Shown here piece by piece: positions 1 through 8,656 of a stretch of DNA of 64,000 bases; positions within the stretch are counted from its first letter, which is position 1; the number at the start of each line of letters is the position of its first letter. Both the position numbers and the translations under genes were made by a program. Under the pieces are notes generated by a model. The model was given only the letters and a program-made list of their open reading frames with translations. It made no database searches and was not told where the DNA came from. This stretch comes from Rubripirellula sp. (GTDB taxonomy: Bacteria; Planctomycetota; Planctomycetia; Pirellulales; Pirellulaceae). The stretch covers positions 384,001-448,000 of the forward strand of contig OZ244207.1 in the NCBI GenBank assembly GCA_965216875.1, read 5' to 3'.

Positions 1-115
1 AAGCCAAGATCGATGCGGCAAAGGGTTGATTGGATCGCCGTTCCATTCGGTCACTCGATGCATCATTGGATGCACGCTTGGGCGATCGAGCGATACTCGA
101 CCACCTTCCAATCGG

Positions 116-292
116 CCGATGCTCAATCGCACGCTAGGCTCGCATGGTACGTTCTGGCTCTACGGGATCATCTGCTTGATGGGAGCCCTCGTGTTGGCAA
201 TCAAGCTGCCCGAAACCAAGGGGCATTCTCTCGAGCAGATTCAATCGAACGAGCATTCGCGAGCTGCGGACACATCCCCGGAAACCTGCTGA
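116..292 (+). pseudogene. C-terminal remnant of an MFS sugar porter (last TM helix plus PETKG motif)
   Basis: PMLNRTLGSHGTFWLYGIICLMGALVLAIKLPETKGHSLEQI matches the sugar-porter TM12/PETKG..LE.I signature. The same frame upstream (2-115) is hydrophilic and does not resemble TM11. Confidence 0.6.
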
Positions 293-376
293 CGGCACGC
301 TCGGACGCACCCAAGCAAAGCCCTGCCTTTGCTGTTTATCCAACCGTCCTTGCCTGTTCCCCTGCCCCGGCTCCAT

Positions 377-468
<92 letters not shown>

Positions 469-582
469 GCCAAGGTGATGCAATCCGAATCGACCCGTGC
501 TAGTATCGTTCAGAGCAACAGTGCCCCATTTAGATCGATTGGGGCGTGACGACTCGCGTCTCTTTTTGGATCGGCGATCTCC

Positions 583-1203
583 ATGAAAACCAATCGATGT
601 TTTGTACTGATTGCAGTTTCGTGCCTGCTCGGTCTGGCAGGAGCAACCACAGTATCAGGAGCAGAGGATTCTCAGACGAAGACGGCGACGTTTGGGGGTG
701 GTTGTTACTGGTGTGTTGAAGCAGTCTTTCAACGAATCGAAGGGGTTTCCAATGTTCGGCCCGGATTCATGGGCGGGCGTAACGCGAACCCGACCTACCA
801 GCAGGTGCTGACTGGTCGTACCGGGCACGTCGAAGTCATTCAGTTGGAATACGATCCCAGTGTGGTTTCATTCGAAACGTTGTTGCAGGTGTTTTGGCGA
901 ACGCACGATCCGACCACGCGCAATCGGCAAGGTCCCGATATCGGGAGCCAGTATCGAAGCGTGGTCTTCTTTCATTCGGATGAGCAACGCGAAGTCGCCA
1001 ACGACTACAAGCGATTACTCAACCGGCAGAAGGCGTTTCGATCACCGATCGTCACCAAAATCGAAAAGGCCAAAGAGTTTTATCCGACAGATGCGGACCA
1101 TCTGAACTACTTCAACCGCAATTCCAAAAAGCAGTACTGCGAAACCTACATTGTCCCCAAGCTGGAAAAGCTCAAGAAGGAGTTTTCGGACAAGCTCAAG
1201 TAG
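583..1203 (+). CDS. msrA: Peptide-methionine (S)-S-oxide reductase with N-terminal signal peptide
   Basis: GGGCYWCVE, NPTYQQV, GHVEV, HDPT..NRQGPDIGSQYRS motifs; hydrophobic N-terminus. Confidence 0.93.
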   Translation: MKTNRCFVLIAVSCLLGLAGATTVSGAEDSQTKTATFGGGCYWCVEAVFQRIEGVSNVRPGFMGGRNANPTYQQVLTGRTGHVEVIQLEYDPSVVSFETLLQVFWRTHDPTTRNRQGPDIGSQYRSVVFFHSDEQREVANDYKRLLNRQKAFRSPIVTKIEKAKEFYPTDADHLNYFNRNSKKQYCETYIVPKLEKLKKEFSDKLK

Positions 1204-1247
1204 AGAATCGTTGCGTATTGATCGTCGAACGAATCAAAGTCCAGCGT

Positions 1248-2804
1248 CTAGATTTCTGGCGTTGGCGTTTCGCACAGTTTGCGAAGTTTCTTCGGCACGC
1301 GATTGAGTGGGACGGCGGCGACACCATACATCACCATGGGCTCGCCCCAGTTCAGTTCTTCATTGGATCCCATTTGTATCTTCGACGGACGATTGACCAA
1401 ACACATCCATATGGAAAGCTCTCGGTCGACACTCACGCCCGCCCCGATACCCGGTTCGTCACGATCAAGGAAGGAACCGTTTTCGAAGATATGGGGGCCT
1501 TCATCCAAACCGATGACGTCGCCAGTTTGGACATAGTTGTCGGTGAGCCAAGCGGGGTGTGGTAGTCGATCGTCCCAGAAAACGAAGACGCCAGCAGCTT
1601 GGGCAAGGCTGAGATAGATTTCGACGTCGTATTGGCGTTTACGGTTGTTGAAGAGTTTGACGTAGTCCGCCCCAACCAGATAGTTGGGGATGCCTCGCGA
1701 ATCGGCACCGTTCCATTGGTGATAACCACGATCGGCATAGGCCAACGCATCTTCGCGAAGTCCCGCGGGAACGATTTCATAGAAGCAGCGTCGACCCGCT
1801 TTGGTTTTCAAGTTGTCGGTGACACCGGAAATGACGCTCGCCTTGGGGACGGCGAAACGTCCCGTTTCATTGGCTGAGGGAAACCAATGCGAGACAATGG
1901 CTTCAAGCGCTTGGACGTCTCCTGCCGGGCTCAGTTGAAGCCCTTCGCCGATCCGCAGCCGTCGTGGTTGCGTGCTCGCGTTGAAGGCCGTGCTTTTGAC
2001 GTCGACTTCGCCGGAAAAGACGGCGACGCTTGTGGTTTCGTCGTCGCCGACGCGGACACCAAACTGCGTGCCCAGATCGACCACGTCCGCGCTCGGCGTT
2101 TCGACTGAGAATCCGATTGCCTCGGGGCCAACCGACGCACGCATTTGTCCTTGTTCAAGCCAAACGCGCATGCGTGAAATCGGTGTGATTGACGTCGGGC
2201 CGCGGACAGTGACTTCCGCGCCGTTATCGAAATCGAGATCGAGTTGGCCGCCAAACAGGATGACTTCTTCGCCCGCTCGCACCTGGGCGGTTCTTTCGTA
2301 AATGCGACGGTTACCGATAAACCAGCGGACATTGTCTCCTTTACCACTTACCGTTGCGGTGGCGACCTTCTCGTTGTCGTTCGAACGTGTCAAAGCAAAT
2401 GGGGCGACGACGGCAAGGACCGCTGCTGCGATCGCCACAACGATGGCAAGCTTGCGGCTGTGACTGGTTTGAGATCGCGTCGGTGCGGCGTCGTACTGTT
2501 CGGCCTCGTATCGTTCGGCGTCGACAACACATGCCTGGGTCAACTCCAGATCGCAACTCGTTTGGTCATCCAGCACCGACCGTGCTTGCTCTTGCGAGAT
2601 CGCATTGATCGAAAACCAAGCGTGGATTTGTCGGTAGTCAGAATAGATCTCGCGGGCACGTTGGCTCGACTTGAGGATCTCTTGCAACCGCTGGAAATCG
2701 GCAGCGTCGATGGTGTTCTCGCAGTGCGCCGCCGCGAGCATTCGAATCTCGCCTTCATCGAGCGGCTCGTCAGGCGATCGGTTGCCTTGAATCGGTTGGT
2801 TCAT
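1248..2804 (-). CDS. FecR-domain anti-sigma factor
   Basis: N-terminal anti-sigma helix region, one TM segment, FecR motif GFSVETPSADVVDLGTQFGV..VAVFSGEV; directly downstream of the ECF sigma. Confidence 0.85.
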   Translation of the reverse strand: MNQPIQGNRSPDEPLDEGEIRMLAAAHCENTIDAADFQRLQEILKSSQRAREIYSDYRQIHAWFSINAISQEQARSVLDDQTSCDLELTQACVVDAERYEAEQYDAAPTRSQTSHSRKLAIVVAIAAAVLAVVAPFALTRSNDNEKVATATVSGKGDNVRWFIGNRRIYERTAQVRAGEEVILFGGQLDLDFDNGAEVTVRGPTSITPISRMRVWLEQGQMRASVGPEAIGFSVETPSADVVDLGTQFGVRVGDDETTSVAVFSGEVDVKSTAFNASTQPRRLRIGEGLQLSPAGDVQALEAIVSHWFPSANETGRFAVPKASVISGVTDNLKTKAGRRCFYEIVPAGLREDALAYADRGYHQWNGADSRGIPNYLVGADYVKLFNNRKRQYDVEIYLSLAQAAGVFVFWDDRLPHPAWLTDNYVQTGDVIGLDEGPHIFENGSFLDRDEPGIGAGVSVDRELSIWMCLVNRPSKIQMGSNEELNWGEPMVMYGVAAVPLNRVPKKLRKLCETPTPEI

Positions 2805-2816
2805 CGCGTTCTCTCG

Positions 2817-3344
2817 TTAGTTAACCAGTTTCTGACGGGAGATCGTGCGTTCAACACAGCGTTGTAACGAACCACGAATTCGCGCTAGACGTTTGTAAAT
2901 GGTGCTTTCTGGGGCGCCCGATGCGTTTGCAAGCCGATGGACGTTTTCGCCTTCGAGGTACCGGCGTTCAATCAATTCACGATCGGGTAGCGGCAACTTT
3001 TTGAGGCATTGGCGAACCATGTCAAATCGTTGCTCTTCCTGACGCTCGATTTGTTCCATCGAAAGCGTCTCCATCAAGCTCTCGTCGAACCAAAGCCGAT
3101 CTCGGGCGTGGCGCTGTCGATAACGCAACACGCAGTTGTACGCGATGCCGCACGCCCAGGGCAGGAACTCTCGTTCCGGGTCGTACTTTTCCATCGACTG
3201 CCAGAGGGCGATCGAAACTTCCTGCATCAAATCATCGACGTCGCTTCGGTTGGACACGAGCGTTGTCAGGTAGCCGTAAATTCCCCATTGGTTTTTCGTC
3301 AAAAAGCAGACGAAATCCTCTTTGGATATCTGTACGGATGACAA
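2817..3344 (-). CDS. ECF sigma-70 factor (Planctomycete/Verrucomicrobia type)
   Basis: DVDDLMQEV..LW, FLPWACGIA (region 2); CLKKLP..DRELI..RY and IYKRLARIR..L..CV (region 4). Confidence 0.92.
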   Translation of the reverse strand: MSSVQISKEDFVCFLTKNQWGIYGYLTTLVSNRSDVDDLMQEVSIALWQSMEKYDPEREFLPWACGIAYNCVLRYRQRHARDRLWFDESLMETLSMEQIERQEEQRFDMVRQCLKKLPLPDRELIERRYLEGENVHRLANASGAPESTIYKRLARIRGSLQRCVERTISRQKLVN

Positions 3345-3843
3345 CGTGGAAACCCCAACAAAAACAGCCAGCAGTGGTGGTGGCGTGTGTCACTTGGCAA
3401 TGTGCAACGGTGTCGGCAACGTGCAACGGTGGCCGCAGCCGTGTTCGGTCGACCGTGACCCTCGCGACCGACATGCAGCGTTCATACGAATTGCACATCA
3501 ACTCAATGCGCCCTCGCGAACTCAATGCGCCCTCGAGGCGAAATTGAGACGGGCTCTGGCACAGTAGACCCTGAGCAGCCTATTCCACAGTGCCGACGCC
3601 TTTTTGCCATTGAATCTTAGAAAAAAACAAAAACATGTCTTTTCTGAAACTTGCTGCAAATTTTTTGGCAATTTGAACACCCAGCGTTGAATACCGACCG
3701 GCGGATTTCACCCGCCTGAGTCACCCGTGTGACGCCCCCACTGTTGCGGGGACTTTTCTGATTCGATTCAGCGTTTTCCCGGGCACCTCATTCAGGGCTC
3801 GGTTTCATCTTTCTTCTGCAGACTTTTCTTTGAAGGTTTATCA

Positions 3844-5106
3844 ATGCAGTCAGTTCACCACAAACGCGCAGGGTTCACGCTCGTGGAACTGTTGGTGGTC
3901 ATTGCGATCATCGGCGTTCTTGTCGGGCTACTCCTGCCAGCTGTCCAAGCTGCTCGCGAAGCGGCAAGGCGGATGTCGTGCAGCAACAATTTCAAGCAAA
4001 TTGGGCTCGGCATTCACAACTACCATTCGGCATTCAAACAGCTGCCGACCAACATGACGGGCACCGACCGTGCCTACAACGGAGACATCACCTACAACAG
4101 CAGCCGGTTGAGATTGAGTTACCACGTTGCCTTGCTGCCCTACATCGAACAGCAAGCATTGTGGGAACAGATTTCCAATCCAAGCACCGATCTGGCACCT
4201 GGCGTCAATGCGATGCCCGGTCAAGTCACCAACGGAACTTGGCCGCCGATGGGGCCCGCGCCATGGCGTCAACAATACCGTCCATGGGCGACCAAGGTTC
4301 CGACGTTGCGTTGCCCAAGTGATCCAGGTCAAGGCGTGCAATTGGGACGCACCAACTACGCCGCCAGCTATGGTGATTCGTTCAACTATGCATGGAACGG
4401 TGGAAAGAACGAGCGTGGCTATGTCCAAAATGGCAACGGCGACGCCAACGACTTTGACGAAAACTGGATGGTGACTCGCGCTCAGGCGGGCCAGCGTGGT
4501 TTCTTCCGCGGTCGTACGGAAATGAAATTCCGCGACGTGCTCGACGGGCTGTCCAACACCGTCGCTGCTGGTGAAATCTGCACTTCACTTGGCCAGCGAG
4601 AAACAAAGGCTGATTACGTTCGTGGCTTGACCGCCTTGCTTTTCCCAGGTGGTGGTGAGCACATTGGTGTTCCGATCAACTGCGCTACGGGAACCCATAT
4701 CGATCCCGAACGCCCGTCGTTCTTCGCCGTTAGTGCGAACGTCAACGGCGGGATCAACAACGGGCGTGGCGCACGCTGGGCCGATGGGCGGATCGCCTAC
4801 AACGGTATTCAAACGATCTTGCCGCCCAACAGTCCAAGTTGCGTCCGGAACAACAGCGACGGCAACCATGGCTTCTGGAGTGTCAGTAGTCGTCACCAAG
4901 GTGGGGCTCACATTTTGATGGGCGACGGTGCGGTGATTTTTATGACCGACAGCGTCGAAGCGGGTGACCAGACTCAGCCAACGGTCTGTCGTAATGGGCC
5001 GAGTCCGTGGGTCAACATCGCTGGCGTTCAAAGTCCGTATGGGCTTTGGGGAGCGATGGGCTCTCGCGCTCACAAAGAAACGATCGAAGAAGAGCTCAAC
5101 CAATAG
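3844..5106 (+). CDS. DUF1559 family prepilin-type N-terminal cleavage/methylation protein with H-X9-DG motif
   Basis: GFTLVELLVVIAIIGVLVGLLLPAVQAAREAARRMSCSNNFKQ, DGLSNT, HQGGAHILMGDG. Confidence 0.95.
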   Translation: MQSVHHKRAGFTLVELLVVIAIIGVLVGLLLPAVQAAREAARRMSCSNNFKQIGLGIHNYHSAFKQLPTNMTGTDRAYNGDITYNSSRLRLSYHVALLPYIEQQALWEQISNPSTDLAPGVNAMPGQVTNGTWPPMGPAPWRQQYRPWATKVPTLRCPSDPGQGVQLGRTNYAASYGDSFNYAWNGGKNERGYVQNGNGDANDFDENWMVTRAQAGQRGFFRGRTEMKFRDVLDGLSNTVAAGEICTSLGQRETKADYVRGLTALLFPGGGEHIGVPINCATGTHIDPERPSFFAVSANVNGGINNGRGARWADGRIAYNGIQTILPPNSPSCVRNNSDGNHGFWSVSSRHQGGAHILMGDGAVIFMTDSVEAGDQTQPTVCRNGPSPWVNIAGVQSPYGLWGAMGSRAHKETIEEELNQ

Positions 5107-5138
5107 TCAGGTTGAGTTTTTACAGCAACGCTTACTCA

Positions 5139-5166
5139 ACACGTCGCCCGCGTGCGGGCGGCGTGT
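5139..5166 (+). terminator. Hairpin between DUF1559 and the small lipoprotein gene (weak terminator or mRNA-stabilising stem)
   Basis: ACACGTCGCCCGC-GT-GCGGGCGGCGTGT with no strong U-tract. Confidence 0.45.
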
Positions 5167-5197
5167 GTTCCTTTGATTGGAAGAATTCAATAACACA

Positions 5198-5377
5198 ATG
5201 ACCAAACTGATCAACTTCGCAATGTTCACTCTCTGCGCCTTGGTTGTCGCAGGATGCTCAAGCAACACGCCTGTCGCTATCGAGCAGACGATGAGCCAAG
5301 AAGAAATCGACCGTATGGATGCTGAATACGAGGCCGAAATGGAAGCGGCCGAAAACGATACGCTTGGCGAAGGCTAA
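5198..5377 (+). CDS. Small acidic lipoprotein typical of DUF1559 loci
   Basis: MTKLINFAMFTLCALVVAGC lipobox followed by an acidic tail. Confidence 0.8.
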   Translation: MTKLINFAMFTLCALVVAGCSSNTPVAIEQTMSQEEIDRMDAEYEAEMEAAENDTLGEG

Positions 5378-5413
5378 ACCAAACCCATTCGTACACACTC
5401 GCTGTGGTCAACA

Positions 5414-5479
5414 CCGTTCGTAGTCCCGCTTTTGGGCGGATGATCCTGAGGATTCCGGCAGTGCAATCGCACTACGAAC
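5414..5479. repeat. REP doublet family B (GTTCGTAGT...ACTACGAAC)
   Basis: Related copies at 24058-24164, 43184-43247, 51066-51114 (degenerate), 60313-60373 and 63039-63102. Confidence 0.8.
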
Positions 5480-5516
5480 AGACGCCCAGCAACGAATCTC
5501 AGCCCCGACGCAACGA

Positions 5517-6839
5517 TCATTTGTTGCGTCGGGCTTTTTTCGAAATCGCAGCCAGCTTCCAGTATGCAGCAAGATGGAAGATCACCCCACAGCTGCTGTG
5601 CGCGGAATAGTCGATTCGCGCCATGACTTCCTCAAGGTGCGCTCTTTGCTCCGCGGTTGCCTCAGCATTCGGGCTCATCAGGGGTATCAACGCCGCCTCG
5701 CCCGCTTCGCGACTGACATGCCAGATACGGCGGTACTCGCCCCACTGCGGGTTTGGGTACGTGTCGAGGTTGATCCATTTCGGCACGTTGCGCCAGTTCG
5801 GTCCGAGCATCGCCAACTGCTCAGGCGTAAGCCCCTTGAGGGCAAGGTTCGTATGCCTTTGCCGCTCCAAGGCGAGTTCGCTGACGTGTTGCATCGTTGT
5901 TGCAATCTCAGCTCTAAGCTCTGGTTCGGGCTCAAGCTGATGAAGTAGCTCCAGTGAAGCTTGCATTTGTAGTAGGGCATAAGCAGGGTTGTGTTTGCTT
6001 GGAGCCTTCGATTGTTCACACGCATCGACGATGTATCGGCGCCATTGATCGTGGTACACAGGATTGCGTGTGACATCCCATGCCGCCGCATAGATCATGG
6101 GAAGTCTTGCTGCTTCGTGAGCCTGTACTTGCCACATGCGGCAGATCCCCAGCGGACATCGAGATCCGTCGGCGCGACCAAAGTCGTAGTTGTTCTCTGC
6201 TGTGACGAATTCGAGCATTCGATCCGCAACCTCCGAGAGGCGTGTTTTGATTTGCTGCTTTGTCGCATCGTCAGCAAGTCCACTGCGGTAGTACTTCCAA
6301 AGCCCATGCACAAAGTGGGTGTATTGGTCGCGCGATGAGTTGATGTAGACACTTTCGCCATCTTCTACACAGACATTCCTGGCAATGAAGCCAGGGACGT
6401 TGTGTACGGTGGCACATCGGTTCATGCCGCGAAAAACGCGTTTGGCTTTAGATTTCAAACTCGCGTCTGCGGTAACTGAATAGCGATCCGAAAGGGTGCT
6501 AAGCATGGCACCTCCAAGGATCATCCCGTCCTCCATTCCAGTGCTATAGCCGCATGGATTGGGGTATTGGCGTTTCACTTCATCAGCGCTGGGAAGGTGA
6601 GCAAGCTCGCGGCCATCGGAGTAGCTGCTCAAGTAGTCCATGAAGGTCTCGGTGCCGCTATGAAAAAAACGATTCCAAGTGACGTCCCAAGCCTGTTCGA
6701 CGCACGAAGGGGAGTGCGGAGGTTGGGCACGTGAGGGGGCGTCGTTGGTTAGCGCAATCGAGAGTGCGATCAACCAAGAAAATGGGGTCGGACGCGTAAA
6801 ACGAGTGATCATCGAGCTGTCGGGGCGAAAGGCAGGCAC
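5517..6839 (-). CDS. Hypothetical exported protein, possibly (alpha/alpha)-toroid glycosidase-like
   Basis: 440-aa ORF with signal-like N-terminus, rich in W/Y; fold is a guess and the start is uncertain. Confidence 0.6.
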   Translation of the reverse strand: MPAFRPDSSMITRFTRPTPFSWLIALSIALTNDAPSRAQPPHSPSCVEQAWDVTWNRFFHSGTETFMDYLSSYSDGRELAHLPSADEVKRQYPNPCGYSTGMEDGMILGGAMLSTLSDRYSVTADASLKSKAKRVFRGMNRCATVHNVPGFIARNVCVEDGESVYINSSRDQYTHFVHGLWKYYRSGLADDATKQQIKTRLSEVADRMLEFVTAENNYDFGRADGSRCPLGICRMWQVQAHEAARLPMIYAAAWDVTRNPVYHDQWRRYIVDACEQSKAPSKHNPAYALLQMQASLELLHQLEPEPELRAEIATTMQHVSELALERQRHTNLALKGLTPEQLAMLGPNWRNVPKWINLDTYPNPQWGEYRRIWHVSREAGEAALIPLMSPNAEATAEQRAHLEEVMARIDYSAHSSCGVIFHLAAYWKLAAISKKARRNK

Positions 6840-6895
6840 AGTTCAAGGCGGGCCCACATTTTAACCGCTCCTGAAACGAGTTCCCTGGGCTCAAG

Positions 6896-6932
6896 AAAAA
6901 CGCTCGCGGCAGCTGGGCTACCGCGAGCGTTT
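6896..6932 (-). terminator. Intrinsic terminator downstream of the tuf paralogue
   Basis: AAACGCTCGCGG...CCGCGAGCGTTT stem with an A-run on its left, which is a U-tract on the minus strand. Confidence 0.8.
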
Positions 6933-6951
6933 CGCGTTTACCAATGATCGA

Positions 6952-8145
6952 CTAGTCGAGTACGCGGGTGACCACGCCTGAACCAACGGTGCGGCCGCCC
7001 TCGCGAATTGCGAAGCGGTCACCGTCACGAATCGCAATGGGTTGGCCAAGCGAAACATCGAGTTGAACGCCGTCGCCGGGCATCACCATGTCGATGCCAC
7101 CAAGCACGCGAGTTTTGCCCGTCACATTCGTCGTTCGAAAGAAGAATTGCGGTGTGTATCCGTCAAAGAACGGAGTGTGTCGACCGCCTTCTTCCTTCTT
7201 CAGCACGTACACTTCAGCCTCGAACCGTTGTCGCGGCATGATCGTGCCGGTAGCTGCCAAGACTTGCCCTTTGCAAATCATGTCATGGGCAGTCTTTCGC
7301 AAGAGCAGACCAACGCTGTCACCAGCTTGGCCGCTGCCCATTTCTTGACCGAACGATTCCACCTGAGTGACAACGTCGCGAGTCGGCTCGCTGGCGAGAC
7401 CAACGATCTCGATGTTGTCACCAGCTCGGACAATCCCCTGTTCGATCCGGCCGGTCACCACAGTCCCGCGTCCACCGATTGAGTAGACGTTTTCGACCGG
7501 CATCAACAATGGCTTGTCGACCGATCGAATGGGATCGGGAATCGCGTTGTCCAATGCAACAAGCAATTGCTCGATGCACTCGATCGCTTGCGGATCAGTA
7601 GGGTGATCGTGCGCGATCATCGCCGAACCTCGAATCACAGTGATGTCGTCACCGGGATACCCGAACTCGGACAGCAATTCACGCAGGTCCATCTCGACCA
7701 GGTCAAGCAACTCGGGGTCGTCGACCAGATCGCACTTGTTCATGAACACAACCAAATGGGGCACGCCAACTTGCCGTGCCAGCAGCAAGTGTTCGCGCGT
7801 TTGAGGCATCGGGCCATCGGCAGCCGATACCAACAACACCGCACCGTCCATCTGGGCAGCGCCGCTGATCATGTTCTTGATGTAGTCGGCGTGACCTGGG
7901 CAGTCGACATGCGCGTAGCGTCTGTTTTCAGTCTCATAACGAACGTGCGAAGCGATCACGGTGACTGTCTTGTTCTTGTCTCGAACAATACCTCCGCGCG
8001 CGATCGCCTCGTAGCTCTTGTAGTGGGCCAATCCCTTTTCGGACTGCACACGCAACAATGCCGAGGTCAAAGTCGTTTTTCCGTGGTCGATGTGACCGAT
8101 GGTGCCAACGTTGACAGCCGTCTTTTCGATAGCGATTTGAACCAT
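6952..8145 (-). CDS. tuf: Elongation factor Tu, divergent stand-alone paralogue
   Basis: [55 protein letters not shown] at 8145 preceded by GGAGG. Confidence 0.95.
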   Translation of the reverse strand: MVQIAIEKTAVNVGTIGHIDHGKTTLTSALLRVQSEKGLAHYKSYEAIARGGIVRDKNKTVTVIASHVRYETENRRYAHVDCPGHADYIKNMISGAAQMDGAVLLVSAADGPMPQTREHLLLARQVGVPHLVVFMNKCDLVDDPELLDLVEMDLRELLSEFGYPGDDITVIRGSAMIAHDHPTDPQAIECIEQLLVALDNAIPDPIRSVDKPLLMPVENVYSIGGRGTVVTGRIEQGIVRAGDNIEIVGLASEPTRDVVTQVESFGQEMGSGQAGDSVGLLLRKTAHDMICKGQVLAATGTIMPRQRFEAEVYVLKKEEGGRHTPFFDGYTPQFFFRTTNVTGKTRVLGGIDMVMPGDGVQLDVSLGQPIAIRDGDRFAIREGGRTVGSGVVTRVLD

Positions 8146-8317
8146 TGCTCGTAAACCTCCAGTTTCAAAGTGAACCGGTCGCGTCACTCGCCAGTGACCA
8201 AGGTGAGCAGCCTTGGAAACCTTTTTGCCCGCTCGGGCGCCAGAGGAACGACAACGACAACAAAGTGAATGGGATCCGGCGTATTTCACGCCATGCTTTG
8301 GGGACTTGATCACACAC

Positions 8318-8356
8318 AAAAAAAGCCCGCTCGATTTGCTCAATCGGGCGGGCTTG
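8318..8356 (-). terminator. Attenuator-type intrinsic terminator in the tuf leader
   Basis: Minus strand CAAGCCCGCCCGATT-GAGCA-AATCGAGCGGGC-TTTTTTT, about 170 nt upstream of the tuf ATG. Confidence 0.85.
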
Positions 8357-8385
8357 CGATTTGCGTCTCTTGCAATGCTCTTGCG

Positions 8386-8469
8386 TCAACACACACAACA
8401 TGCCAAGCCCGGCTCGACAGAAGACTGCGAGTCGGATGAGGAAGCTGGTGAGGATGACGAAGGTTGCAT
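8386..8469 (-). CDS. Putative 27-aa leader peptide MQPSSSSPASSSDSQSSVEPGLACCVC
   Basis: ATG with AAAAGG 8 nt upstream; ends 30 nt before the terminator; contains a copy of the terminator 3' arm. Confidence 0.6.
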   Translation of the reverse strand: MQPSSSSPASSSDSQSSVEPGLACCVC

Positions 8470-8656
8470 TGCAAAGACCTTTTGCGGAGGTGTCTCCAAA
8501 CGTTGGATCGCAATGCCAGACACGATGCCGGCAAAAGGGTTCGCATCAGTTTCGAGATCACGGCGAACCACGTGCCGTCCTTGCGTGTCCCCTGCATTGG
8601 AATCGAACGACGACTTCGCAACCTTTTTCGTACGCTTTGATCAAGCGTTGACATCT

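Noticed and set aside
8146..8343. 66-aa N-terminal extension of EF-Tu in the ORF track
   Set aside because: It runs through the terminator; the ATG at 8145 has a GGAGG RBS and matches normal EF-Tu length.
8213..8656. N-terminal extension of the AAA ATPase ORF
   Set aside because: It is antisense to the tuf leader and terminator and has low-plausibility composition; ATG 8657 is preferred.
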